The notes under the pieces were generated by a model. That model did not search any database and was not told the origin of the DNA. It was given only the letters and a program-made list of their open reading frames with translations. The translations under genes were made by a program, and so were the position numbers. A DNA stretch of 20,000 nt from an uncultured virus (IMG/VR IMGVR_UViG_3300025109_000005) (Duplodnaviria > Heunggongvirae > Uroviricota > Caudoviricetes): IMG/VR virus record IMGVR_UViG_3300025109_000005. The stretch is one strand, 5' to 3'. Within the stretch, counting starts at the first letter, position 1. Every line of letters begins with the position of its first letter. Of the stretch, positions 8,541-17,026 are shown one piece after another.

Positions 8541-10466
8541 ATGGCAAAGAAACAAATCCCCCTCCACGTTCAACAGATCAAGTCCAACCTCAAGAGCATC
8601 GACGGCGAGGCCTGGCATGTCGATCTCGGAGACAAGACACTCATCGTCGGGCCGAACGGCAGTCACAAGTCTGCCATCGCCCAGTCTCTCGAGCTGGCAG
8701 TCAGTGGTGCCGCAGACGACATCGTCGGACGCACTGCCGTGAAGTCAGGAGACACCCTGCTTTCGACAGCTCACGAGGATGCTCTCTGGATCCAGGCGAA
8801 CCTCTCCAACGGGGAGATCTCCTCTTTCAAAGTACAGAGAGAGGACGAGAAAGTCAAGCGCCCGGCTCATGTCAGCAACAGCACGGCTGTCCTTCCCCTG
8901 CGGGATGTGAAGGCCGCACTGGCGGGCTCGACGTCCACGGCCATGCGTGCCTTCTTCACGTGGGCCTGCGCCGACATCAGTGAGGATGCGTTCATCGTCG
9001 AGTCGTCTCCAGCCGTGAACATCACCTCGTCGCAGGATGTGCAGGAGGCTCTCGACGCCTACGAGATCTACTCGCGTCACCGCAAGGACAGCCCTGCTGA
9101 CCGACTGCTCTCGCTGTACCAGTACACGGGTGAGCAGGTACGGAGTCGGTCAGGCAAGATCAAGGCGCTCGAGGCGAGAACCGTCGTCCTGCAGCATACG
9201 CTCTTCGATAGCTGTCCTTCCGACGAGGACATCGATGGAGCCAAGCAGCAACTGGTGCGCGCCGCGAGCGCGAACAGTGCGCCCACCCAGGAGATCGAAG
9301 CCGCAGAGGATGCGGTCCGTCTGTGGACCGAGCGAGTCAGGAGTCTGGACGCATCTCTCGTCTCCGACTCCATGGCGAACTGCGCGAACTCCATTCTCAC
9401 GACAGCGACATTCGAGCACCTGCAGAGTTGTCCTATCTGTGCCTCCCCGGTTGGATTGGAGCACCTGCGCGCATGTCAGAGCCACTACAGCGGACAGGCG
9501 GACGCAGAGACCGAGGCCATCAGCGGAGACATCGAGACTGCCAACGAGAACCTCGTGGCATGGAAGACACACCTGGAGAAGCTGCGTAGCCAGTCTGCCG
9601 TCGATAGCAGCTCGGTCATTCGTGCTGCCAACGAGTTGACCGACATGGTCGCCAATCGGAAGCAGTGGGATGAGTTCTCCCAGTGCCGTGAAGACGTCAA
9701 CGCACTTGAGGTAGAAGTCGACAGCTTCGGTCGAGCGAAGAAGGGCGTCGAGGTCATCATCAAAGACGTCCTCGCACAGCACACGATGTCATTCGTGGAG
9801 TCGGTGAACCGGTTCCTGCCCAAGGGGTACGTCTTCGACATGACCGTGCACCCGAAGCTGTCGGTGGGTCTGGTTCGTAACGGTGCTCTGCACACTGCCC
9901 TGAGCGGTGCCGAGTGGGTGACTGTGACGGCTGCCATCGCCATGGTCGCATCCTCTTCGATGGATGCCGAGCTTCGGGTCATCGTGCTCGAGGACCGTGC
10001 GCTCGACCCCGACACACTGCGCGGCCTGCTCAAGACGTTCAGTGCGTTCAATGGTCAGGTCGTCATCACCAGCGTGACCAAGCCGAAGGGTCGCCCCTTC
10101 AAGGCCTGGAAGGTCATCGACCTGTACAAGGCTCCGCTGTGCGATGCTCCAATAATCAGCGCTGCTCCCGAACCTGACGCTGCCCCAGAGCCCGAAGCAG
10201 AGCCCGAAGCAGAGCTCCCCCCTGCGCCACCGACGGAGCCCGTGGTGGTCAAGCGGCGCAAGCGGTCAGCCATCAAGGCACCCTCCTCGAGGAAGATCCT
10301 CAAGGGCTTGGGCTACACCGACGCTGACCTGGACGTCATGACGCCAGATACTGCGGTGAGCATCATCAAGGAGGGGCTGCTCGCCAAGGACGTGGACACG
10401 CACTCGGACGGCACGGTCACCGTGATCCTACGCCCGAACGTACACCAGCTTCCTCGCCTCCAGTGA
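8541..10466 (+). CDS. Rad50/SbcC-like SMC-type ABC ATPase with zinc hook and C-terminal extension
   Basis: Walker A-like GPNGSHKS, long helical region with central CPIC, signature LSGAE, Walker B/D-loop VIVLEDRALD, QVVITS; PE/AE-rich linker then small C-terminal domain. Confidence 0.8.
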   Translation: MAKKQIPLHVQQIKSNLKSIDGEAWHVDLGDKTLIVGPNGSHKSAIAQSLELAVSGAADDIVGRTAVKSGDTLLSTAHEDALWIQANLSNGEISSFKVQREDEKVKRPAHVSNSTAVLPLRDVKAALAGSTSTAMRAFFTWACADISEDAFIVESSPAVNITSSQDVQEALDAYEIYSRHRKDSPADRLLSLYQYTGEQVRSRSGKIKALEARTVVLQHTLFDSCPSDEDIDGAKQQLVRAASANSAPTQEIEAAEDAVRLWTERVRSLDASLVSDSMANCANSILTTATFEHLQSCPICASPVGLEHLRACQSHYSGQADAETEAISGDIETANENLVAWKTHLEKLRSQSAVDSSSVIRAANELTDMVANRKQWDEFSQCREDVNALEVEVDSFGRAKKGVEVIIKDVLAQHTMSFVESVNRFLPKGYVFDMTVHPKLSVGLVRNGALHTALSGAEWVTVTAAIAMVASSSMDAELRVIVLEDRALDPDTLRGLLKTFSAFNGQVVITSVTKPKGRPFKAWKVIDLYKAPLCDAPIISAAPEPDAAPEPEAEPEAELPPAPPTEPVVVKRRKRSAIKAPSSRKILKGLGYTDADLDVMTPDTAVSIIKEGLLAKDVDTHSDGTVTVILRPNVHQLPRLQ

Positions 10467-10687
10467 TTTGCCCGCAATGCAGCGAGAAGACGATAGTGTC
10501 CAACACGAGGACTCGACAGAGTATCGAGTCGCGGAAACACAGAATCATTCGAGAGGCGTACAGATTGATGCGCGGGTACGACAACTGGGTCGTCAGGCGA
10601 AGGCGGTGCTCACAGTGCGACTGGTCGGGAGTGACCATCGAGCTGTTGACCAACGATTTCAGACGAGGATGGTTTCGCCGTGACTGA
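10463..10687 (+). CDS. Stand-alone NrdR-type zinc-ribbon protein (no ATP cone)
   Basis: MICPQC..TIVSNTR ... VVRRRRCSQC..GVTIE mirrors NrdR MxCPxC..TxVxDSR..IRRRRxCxxC.RFTTxE; GTGA overlap. Confidence 0.75.
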   Translation: MICPQCSEKTIVSNTRTRQSIESRKHRIIREAYRLMRGYDNWVVRRRRCSQCDWSGVTIELLTNDFRRGWFRRD

Positions 10688-10857
10688 CTGGGACGTACTT
10701 CACAGCAGCATGTTCAGGCCTTCGCCCACCAACCCCATCAAGCTGGTGCGCCTGACCACAATCTCAGAAAAATGAACCGACTCGTGTCCGCGTTGGCAAC
10801 TTCGGATCGTTCTTACACACAGAGAGATACGTTCAACCCCATCCCTTTGGAGACATT

Positions 10858-11334
10858 GTGGAAACCTCAACCATCATCAACAACTACCCCCTGTCCCCCG
10901 AAGCCATCGAGGCCCTCGTCGCTGACGCAAGGCACTCGAATCAAGCAGTTCACGAGAGCTTTCTCGTGCACTACGCACAGCAGGAGACCCCCAGCGAGAT
11001 CAACAATCATGTCCTCGCCCACTTCCAGAGCGACAAGCGCAAGCGCGAGCAGCAGCGAGACCTCGATGAGATCCGCCACTACCTCTCGATACCACCTACT
11101 CAGCGCCTGAGTCTCATGGTCGAGAGTTGGGCCGAGTTCTTGACGGACCATGGGGATGACGAAGACGCTTCGCTCATCAAGTTCCTCGAAGACATCGCAT
11201 TGCTACTCTACGCCGATGACGGGGAAACAGCGCTACTCCTGGCGTACCATGGCGCTGAGTTGCTGGACGGGAACCTCCCCGACGACCTGGACATCGAGCA
11301 CAGCCGCTTCTGGTCCGACGTGGAGAAGTCATGA
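10858..11334 (+). CDS. Hypothetical acidic protein (158 aa)
   Basis: GGAG before GTG start; codon usage like neighbours; ATGA overlap with next ORF. Confidence 0.7.
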   Translation: METSTIINNYPLSPEAIEALVADARHSNQAVHESFLVHYAQQETPSEINNHVLAHFQSDKRKREQQRDLDEIRHYLSIPPTQRLSLMVESWAEFLTDHGDDEDASLIKFLEDIALLLYADDGETALLLAYHGAELLDGNLPDDLDIEHSRFWSDVEKS

Positions 11335-11621
11335 CACCAGCCACTCCCATCTTCTTCTGGTTCCTGTGCAACCGACCCGGCGCTGTCTGGGTAGGTACGC
11401 AGGAGACCTGGGACTGGTGGCTCAGCGAGGAGGGCGGGGCATGCGAGCAGCCGCACCTGCTTCATGAAGGTGTCCTGTGTAACTTCGCAGGCAGAGCCGT
11501 CGAGTGGCACCAGTGGTGGCCTCGAGACGAGGAGGGCTCGTGGCCTGTAGCGCACACCTGTCGAGACCTTGCACAGGTTCTCGGGTGCCCTACTCCGAGC
11601 GTTTCCGGTCGAGCTCCTTGA
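11331..11621 (+). CDS. Hypothetical Trp/Cys-rich protein (96 aa)
   Basis: ATGA overlap with upstream ORF, GGAG RBS. Confidence 0.5.
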   Translation: MTPATPIFFWFLCNRPGAVWVGTQETWDWWLSEEGGACEQPHLLHEGVLCNFAGRAVEWHQWWPRDEEGSWPVAHTCRDLAQVLGCPTPSVSGRAP

Positions 11622-11634
11622 GCCCCTCGTCCAG

Positions 11635-11663
11635 TTTACACGCTTCGCTGGAAGAGATACAGT
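11635..11663 (+). promoter_or_regulatory. sigma70-type promoter
   Basis: TTTACA (11635-11640), 17 nt, TACAGT (11658-11663); AAGGAGG RBS before ATG 11712. Confidence 0.5.
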
Positions 11664-11711
11664 TGACATGGGTACTGCCCACTCACACTGACACCTCCAA
11701 AGGAGGCTGAT

Positions 11712-12398
11712 ATGCCCGTCTCTCTTCCCCGCTTGCAGCAGTCACAGGTTGCTGCTGCCGTCAACCGCTCACGAGCCCAGGCCATCAAGGTCACCACGGC
11801 TGAAGCCATCACCGCGAACGACATCATCGTCGCCACCAGCTGTAGCGCTACTGGTCTCATGACTGTCAGCAAGGCCGACGCGGATTCCCTGACACTGTGT
11901 CGCGGACCCTTCTTCATCGCAGACTACACCGCTGCGTCTGGTGTCACCACCGACCTGGCGATTCCCTGGAAGGTCATCACTGGAGTCGACACCAGCGCTG
12001 CTTCTCAGGTCGGAGATCCTGTCTGGCTCAGCACCACTGCAGGCGCCTATGTCGTTTCAGTTATCCCAGCAGCTACAGCAACGAGTAATGATTTTGCGCT
12101 CGCGGTCAAGATTGGGCGCGTGCTCGTTGTTGGTGGTACTGGTGTTGGTGTGGTCATGCTCGAGCCGGGTATGGCTAACGGCGCCCCACTCGTCGGTCGC
12201 GTGACTCTGGACACCAGTGGGTCAACGACAGTTGATGGGTTTACCGCGGAGCTTGACGGCTCCCCCGTAGTCGTCAACTCAGGTAACGCCGGGAGTATCG
12301 ACGCCAGCGACTGTAACGCAGCAATCGCCAGTGGAACGCTGACAATCAGAAGCACCACCGGCATCACTACCGTAGCCACCTACATGATTCACTCGTAG
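11712..12398 (+). CDS. Putative virion protein (capsid decoration/cement or head-fibre-like)
   Basis: Ala/Thr/Gly/Val-rich beta-type sequence with KADAD, GVDTS..VGDPVWLSTTAG, KIGRV, recalling DUF2190-like capsid cement proteins; strong RBS. Confidence 0.55.
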   Translation: MPVSLPRLQQSQVAAAVNRSRAQAIKVTTAEAITANDIIVATSCSATGLMTVSKADADSLTLCRGPFFIADYTAASGVTTDLAIPWKVITGVDTSAASQVGDPVWLSTTAGAYVVSVIPAATATSNDFALAVKIGRVLVVGGTGVGVVMLEPGMANGAPLVGRVTLDTSGSTTVDGFTAELDGSPVVVNSGNAGSIDASDCNAAIASGTLTIRSTTGITTVATYMIHS

Positions 12399-12406
12399 GC
12401 ATCTCG

Positions 12407-12448
12407 CACCTCGGCGTCCGCCAGCAAATCCACCAGGACGCCGGGGTG
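12407..12448 (+). terminator. GC-rich stem-loop 3' of the decoration-like gene
   Basis: CACCTCGGCGTCC pairs with GGACGCCGGGGTG (13 bp, one GU); no U-tract. Confidence 0.4.
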
Positions 12449-12590
12449 TCTGCGCCGAGGCACTCACGCCTATGTGAAATCGACTCGCGTGCAGTGGTAA
12501 TGAGAGCCCGAACAGGATAGACTTCAGAGGCTGCGGCATCACTGTCTCAGCCCCGGTAGTTTGACTAATCCCACCCCCGGAGGTGTTGCT

Positions 12591-14633
12591 ATGCCTGACT
12601 CGGCAGTCGGCTCGAGGACCAGCCTCGATCTGCTGCAGGGAGTTCGCTCGCGTCTACAACAAGCGTCACGTGGTGACATCGCCGCCATCTGGTCGGACCT
12701 CCAAGAAGTCGAGGTGCTCGAACAGCTCTCGGCGGAGTGGGGGGATGCACTACGCGCAGAGTTCACGGTCATCGAGTCGATACCCGGTTGCGCCCAGCGG
12801 ACCCGTACCCTGGTACGTTCCGTCGAACGTCTCGTCGAAGAGAACCGTAGTCGCCAGATTCGGGCGCAGATGGCTCAGCTCGAGCAGCAGATCTCTGTGG
12901 TCACGTCGCTCTCGGCAGAGCTCGATGTGCCGCCCGCAGTTGTCCCTGCTCCATGCCTCGCCCAGCTTCACGTCCCCTCTGGTTACCGGGTCAACGCTCG
13001 TGGTGTGTTCCGCGTGCGCCCCACCGAAGAGGGAGAGATCAGCGAGACCGTCATCGCACCTGCCCCCATCTTCCTGTCCAGGCGCTCACACGATGTGTTG
13101 ACGGGTGAGTCCAAGCGTGAGGTGGTATGGCATGGTGCCAGTGGTTGGTGCTCTCGAGTGGTCGACCGTCGCACCATCATGGACGCGCGCAAGATCATCG
13201 AGCTGACCGACTTCGATGCGCCCATCAACTCCAACGTCACCTCTGCCGTGGTCGCCTACCTGGCGGACTTCGAGGCAGAGAACGCCCACAGGCTTCCTGC
13301 CACCCTGTCGTCCTCGCGCATGGGCTGGCTACCTGACGGCTCGTTCCTGTTGCACGACAGGCACTACACCCAGGACGAGAGCGTCGGCTATGCCCTGACG
13401 CCTCCACCTGGTCACGAGAAGGCAGCGAGTGGTTGGTGTGCGTCCGGTGAGTGGGAGAAGTGGCAGGAAGCTGTCGAGCTCGTGAAGGACTATCCCTACA
13501 TGATGGTCTCCATCTACGCGAGCTGTGCGGCTCCGCTGCTCGAGGTGCTGGGGGTGCAGGGCTTCGTCCTCGACTTCTCTGGTGAGACCAGTGGCGGTAA
13601 GACCACCGCACTCAGGCTCGCAGCCAGTGTGTGGGGCAAGGCAGCAGACACCTACCCGACTGCAATCTACGGCTGGGATGCGACCAAGGTATGGATCGAG
13701 CGAACCGCTGGGTTCCTGCACAACCTGCCACTCATCCTCGACGAGACCAAGCGGGCCAAGCATCCAAGCGTCGTGCGCGATGTCATCTATGACTTCGTCC
13801 AGGGACAGGGTCGAGGCCGTGGCTCGGTCGATGGAACCCGACAGACCCATAGCTGGCGCAGCATCCTCATCTCCAGCGGTGAGGGCGCAGCCACCAGCTT
13901 CAGCCAGGACGCAGGAACGCGCGCTCGAGTCATCAGCCTGCGCGGCAAGCCGCTGGGCAACGATGCCGTCGTCGGCGGACAGATCAGTGAGGACGTGCAG
14001 ACCATCCTCGCTCGGCACCATGGACACCTCGGTCGGATGGTGGTCGAGTACCTGGTGAGCAACCAGCAGAACTACGAGACGTTCATCGAGGTGTTCCGCA
14101 AGACCAGGGACCACTACGCCAAGTCGGCAGGCAATGCTGTGGCGCGTCGACAGTCCTCGCACATGGCCGTGCTCGAGGTGGCCGCCAGCATCGCACACTC
14201 GCTGGGGTTGCCTCGTCCAGACGTCGACCCGTTCATGTGTCTGATCGAGTCAGCAGAGAGGGCAGGTCGAGATGCCGACCGTCCGCTCGCTGCCATGCAG
14301 GACGTGGTCTCATGGTGCGCAGTCAACCAGACGAAGTTCTGGGGACGTCACAACAAGCGGTCTGACAACACCACTGTCGCTCCGCACAACGGTTGGGCTG
14401 GTGCGTGGCCTGGCTCGACGAACTGGAGTGAGGTCGGCCTGACCAGCACAGAGCTCCGACGCATCCTACGAACCCACGAGTACGACTTCTCCGAGATCGT
14501 GGACCGCTGGGTCGAGCGCAAGTGGCTCAGGGTAGGCGGGAGCAGGACGACCAGGCCGCTTCGTATCGATGGGATGCAGGTGCGCTGCTACTGTCTGCGA
14601 CGAGACGTGGTCGAGATGCTCATAGAAGACTGA
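12591..14633 (+). CDS. DUF927-domain AAA+ replicative helicase/initiator (Cch / SaPI Rep-like)
   Basis: GGAGGT RBS before ATG 12591; RMGW, Walker A GETSGGKTT, SVWG, Walker B LILDE, GQGRGR, WRSILISSGE, GTRAR, HHGHLG, C-terminal RIDG..RCY winged-helix-like end; no primase domain recognised. Confidence 0.85.
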   Translation: MPDSAVGSRTSLDLLQGVRSRLQQASRGDIAAIWSDLQEVEVLEQLSAEWGDALRAEFTVIESIPGCAQRTRTLVRSVERLVEENRSRQIRAQMAQLEQQISVVTSLSAELDVPPAVVPAPCLAQLHVPSGYRVNARGVFRVRPTEEGEISETVIAPAPIFLSRRSHDVLTGESKREVVWHGASGWCSRVVDRRTIMDARKIIELTDFDAPINSNVTSAVVAYLADFEAENAHRLPATLSSSRMGWLPDGSFLLHDRHYTQDESVGYALTPPPGHEKAASGWCASGEWEKWQEAVELVKDYPYMMVSIYASCAAPLLEVLGVQGFVLDFSGETSGGKTTALRLAASVWGKAADTYPTAIYGWDATKVWIERTAGFLHNLPLILDETKRAKHPSVVRDVIYDFVQGQGRGRGSVDGTRQTHSWRSILISSGEGAATSFSQDAGTRARVISLRGKPLGNDAVVGGQISEDVQTILARHHGHLGRMVVEYLVSNQQNYETFIEVFRKTRDHYAKSAGNAVARRQSSHMAVLEVAASIAHSLGLPRPDVDPFMCLIESAERAGRDADRPLAAMQDVVSWCAVNQTKFWGRHNKRSDNTTVAPHNGWAGAWPGSTNWSEVGLTSTELRRILRTHEYDFSEIVDRWVERKWLRVGGSRTTRPLRIDGMQVRCYCLRRDVVEMLIED

Positions 14634-14635
14634 CG

Positions 14636-14905
14636 CTACGCCTCGAGACCGAGCATCAACGAGGCCGTGCGCCACTTCGACTCCAGCGAATCATCGGTAG
14701 CTATCAGTGCATCGAGGTCATCGTCGGTCAGGTCGTCAACCGTAGTCCAGGCAAGGTCGACCTCCGACTGCTGCAGGAGCAACTCGGTCACCGCCGCACC
14801 GTAGATGATGCCTGCACACAACGTCTCTGCGAAGTAGTCTGCGTCTGCGAATGGTCCAACAGTGTTCACGGTGGGTCTCCAGGTTGCGAGGTAGGGTCGC
14901 TTCAC
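14636..14905 (-). CDS. Hypothetical acidic protein (89 aa), last gene of leftward block
   Basis: Converges tail-to-tail on the DUF927 stop; protein-like composition. Confidence 0.55.
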   Translation of the reverse strand: MKRPYLATWRPTVNTVGPFADADYFAETLCAGIIYGAAVTELLLQQSEVDLAWTTVDDLTDDDLDALIATDDSLESKWRTASLMLGLEA

Positions 14906-15068
14906 ACAGCTTCCCTGACGATGCCTCGCCTCACCGATCCAGTTGTTGTGCAGATCATGGACAGGCGCGGAACACAGAGCTGATGAAATCCTGCACGACG
15001 TGTCGTACTCGAGGAGAGCAGACTTGCGGCTGGATGCCGCGGTTGGAGATCAGCTCGCGCCTGAGGGA

Positions 15069-15197
15069 TTAGAAGATTGCAACATAATAGATGTAGAGGA
15101 CGAACAGTTGAAAGGTGACCACGAGTACTCTCGTCACCATATCGGTAACAGGGTCATCGATGAAGTTCATGTCGTTGTTCGGGTCTCGAATCTTCAT
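15069..15197 (-). CDS. 42-aa putative membrane peptide
   Basis: Read by hand: MKIRDPNNDMNFIDDPVTDMVTRVLVVTFQLFVLYIYYVAIF; GAGGAG RBS, TAATG overlap with upstream gene. Confidence 0.55.
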   Translation of the reverse strand: MKIRDPNNDMNFIDDPVTDMVTRVLVVTFQLFVLYIYYVAIF

Positions 15198-15328
15198 TAC
15201 TTACTCCTCGTGAATCGGCGCCAGTCGTGGGTACCACAGGCGCACTTGGTTGTGGGTTGTCTCGAGTCGGGAGCCAGAGCCCCGCACCCATTGCACACGT
15301 AGATGATCATCACTGCCTCAGGGTTCAT
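15197..15328 (-). CDS. 43-aa zinc-ribbon microprotein
   Basis: MNPEAVMIIYVCNGCG...KCACG; ATGA overlap. Confidence 0.5.
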   Translation of the reverse strand: MNPEAVMIIYVCNGCGALAPDSRQPTTKCACGTHDWRRFTRSK

Positions 15329-15396
15329 CGTAAGCCTCGTTCGTTCAGCCACTCGTGGCTGTGGCAACGCCTGCACACATGGATGGTCATCCACAT
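15325..15396 (-). CDS. 23-aa CxxC micro-ORF
   Basis: MWMTIHVCRRCHSHEWLNERGLR; GGAGG RBS, TGATG and ATGA coupling at either end. Confidence 0.35.
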   Translation of the reverse strand: MWMTIHVCRRCHSHEWLNERGLR

Positions 15397-15608
15397 CACG
15401 CGCCTCCTGCTTCGTGGCAGTCGCGGCACTGCACCTCGTCCTCTGTCCACGATGGGTCGCCCCACTCGTCGATGTCCACAGCGTCGAAGTCGAGGCCGCA
15501 CTCTCCGCACCATAGGGTGAGCTCACCGAAGAGGTAGTGCCTCTGCTGAGCGGGAGTCATGCTCGCCGTGACCCTCTGGACCTCGTAGTACTCGTCGGAG
15601 TGTCTCAT
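15396..15608 (-). CDS. 70-aa CxxC...CxxC zinc-finger protein
   Basis: CGEC...CRDC; ATGA overlap with upstream gene. Confidence 0.6.
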   Translation of the reverse strand: MRHSDEYYEVQRVTASMTPAQQRHYLFGELTLWCGECGLDFDAVDIDEWGDPSWTEDEVQCRDCHEAGGA

Positions 15609-15859
15609 CCTTCACATCCCTCGAGGCGCGCGACCAGGAGGTGAGTCGGCAGCAGCCATGAGAGGTGCTCGATGTTCCAGCCTGCCTCCCACATTTCGTC
15701 GCAGTGGTTGTCGAGGAGGTGGTCCAGCGCCTCGGCGATGCGACCATCCACCATGTCCGCGAACATGAACGTAATCACAGTGCGTGGGATCAACCGCCCA
15801 GGGGAGGCGCTGTGCTCCTCGATGATTGCAGTCCACTGGACAACCGGAAGGCGCTTCAT
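15605..15859 (-). CDS. Hypothetical protein (84 aa)
   Basis: GAGGAGG RBS, ATGA overlaps at both ends. Confidence 0.65.
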   Translation of the reverse strand: MKRLPVVQWTAIIEEHSASPGRLIPRTVITFMFADMVDGRIAEALDHLLDNHCDEMWEAGWNIEHLSWLLPTHLLVARLEGCEG

Positions 15860-16155
15860 GATGCCTCCTCGAGTTCATCCCTGGACTCGATGTTGATGTC
15901 GGAACTACACGTACCGACGATTGCGTGGGTTTCATTCCATGACCAGACCTCTGCTGTGTTGCGCGGGTCGGCTCCTCCGAACGTCGGGAGGTTGTCCCAC
16001 GGCCCCACGCTCGGGTGGTCAGCCCTCATCAGGTCGAACAGTTCTCGCAGCGAGCTGACGAGGGGACTCACGCCATCGCACACGACCGTGGTGTTCTCGC
16101 GACCGTCTCTGACGACCACATCCCCTATGTTGATTTCATTCCAGTGCCTGATCAT
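15856..16155 (-). CDS. Hypothetical protein (99 aa, start MIRHWNE)
   Basis: AGGAGG RBS upstream of ATG 16155. Confidence 0.65.
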   Translation of the reverse strand: MIRHWNEINIGDVVVRDGRENTTVVCDGVSPLVSSLRELFDLMRADHPSVGPWDNLPTFGGADPRNTAEVWSWNETHAIVGTCSSDINIESRDELEEAS

Positions 16156-16219
16156 GCTGTCCTCCTGTAGATAAGAACGATTCGAGTGTGAGAAAGCGGA
16201 CACGAGTCCGTGAGAAAGT

Positions 16220-16726
16220 TCAAGTGGGGCGGATGGGCATGATGATAGCGAGGGTGCCACCGTCACCGCGTACCAGCAGTGGGCCCGAGGGCTTGCTGCC
16301 CTGCATCAGCGTGTTGCTCCCCGTGAACCTCCGTGCCACCTCGAGGTAGACAGGGTTCAGTTGCCAGCCCGTCGACAGGTGAAGGTGTTCACCCTCGCGC
16401 CCGACCACAGAGACCTCGCTCAGAGGCTCTTGCGGCATGACCTGCTCGATAGTGGGGCCGCCGCTGACGTCGTGCTCCTCCTCACCCACGTCGATGGGTC
16501 CGAACAGCATCCGACCATCGGAGGCGTAGACGTCGCCGCTGTCGCTCTTGACGACGAGGGCTTGGTCCAGGCTCACGGGTCCGAACTTGGCGCGTTTGGG
16601 CCCGAAGACCGCGAAGTCCGTAGAGTATGCGTGGTACTCTCGTGCGGCAACGATGCCTTCGGTGAGAGCAGTCAGGTTCTTGTGGAGCGCCGAAGCAGCG
16701 CGCTTGATCTTGGGGTCGGTAGTCAT
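16220..16726 (-). CDS. Truncated DNA polymerase III beta-clamp-like protein (168 aa)
   Basis: YASDGRML resembles DnaN VATDGHRL; LNPVYL...SGPLLV...LAIIMPIR resembles the DnaN C-terminus FNxxYL...SPxLI...YLIMPMR. Confidence 0.6.
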   Translation of the reverse strand: MTTDPKIKRAASALHKNLTALTEGIVAAREYHAYSTDFAVFGPKRAKFGPVSLDQALVVKSDSGDVYASDGRMLFGPIDVGEEEHDVSGGPTIEQVMPQEPLSEVSVVGREGEHLHLSTGWQLNPVYLEVARRFTGSNTLMQGSKPSGPLLVRGDGGTLAIIMPIRPT

Positions 16727-16727
16727 G

Positions 16728-16853
16728 TCAGTCTCCGGGGGTCTGGAAGTTGCCTTGTGGGTCAGGGATGTAGCAGTCGGAACACAGGTACTCGCTGTCG
16801 CACGTCTCGCACTCAGTGGCAGGTCCAGCGTGTCGATAGGTGAGGGTGGTCAT
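16728..16853 (-). CDS. 41-aa CxxC...CxxC microprotein, first gene of leftward block
   Basis: Read by hand: MTTLTYRHAGPATECETCDSEYLCSDCYIPDPQGNFQTPGD; AAGGGGGAG RBS. Confidence 0.55.
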   Translation of the reverse strand: MTTLTYRHAGPATECETCDSEYLCSDCYIPDPQGNFQTPGD

Positions 16854-16891
16854 GTCGGCTCCCCTTGTGTGTCTGTCTGGGTGGTGTAGAG

Positions 16892-16920
16892 TTTATACCG
16901 TGTTGGAAATCAGGTGGCAA
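16892..16920 (-). promoter_or_regulatory. Leftward sigma70-type promoter
   Basis: Minus strand TTGCCA (16920-16915), 17 nt, TATAAA (16897-16892), with an AT-rich UP-like tract upstream. Confidence 0.65.
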
Positions 16921-17026
16921 GTAAAAAATGAGGGGTCAAAAGTGATACGCGTTGACGTGTCAAATAATAAGCGGACAAAATCTGTCCGACTTGGCCCAAA
17001 GTCCAGGGCAAACCTGACTTATGACG

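Noticed and set aside
12399..12590. tRNA or known riboswitch in the intergenic gap
   Set aside because: No cloverleaf, T-loop or recognisable aptamer consensus; only hairpins
53..14326. Long antisense and alternate-frame ORFs (e.g. 53-1093, 1256-2149, 3667-4416, 9150-9782, 13329-14198)
   Set aside because: Shadow ORFs of well-supported + strand genes in GC-rich DNA; no recognisable motifs
14522..16889. + strand ORFs over the leftward block
   Set aside because: Minus-strand ORFs have RBSs, coupled start/stop overlaps and a promoter; the + ORFs have none of these
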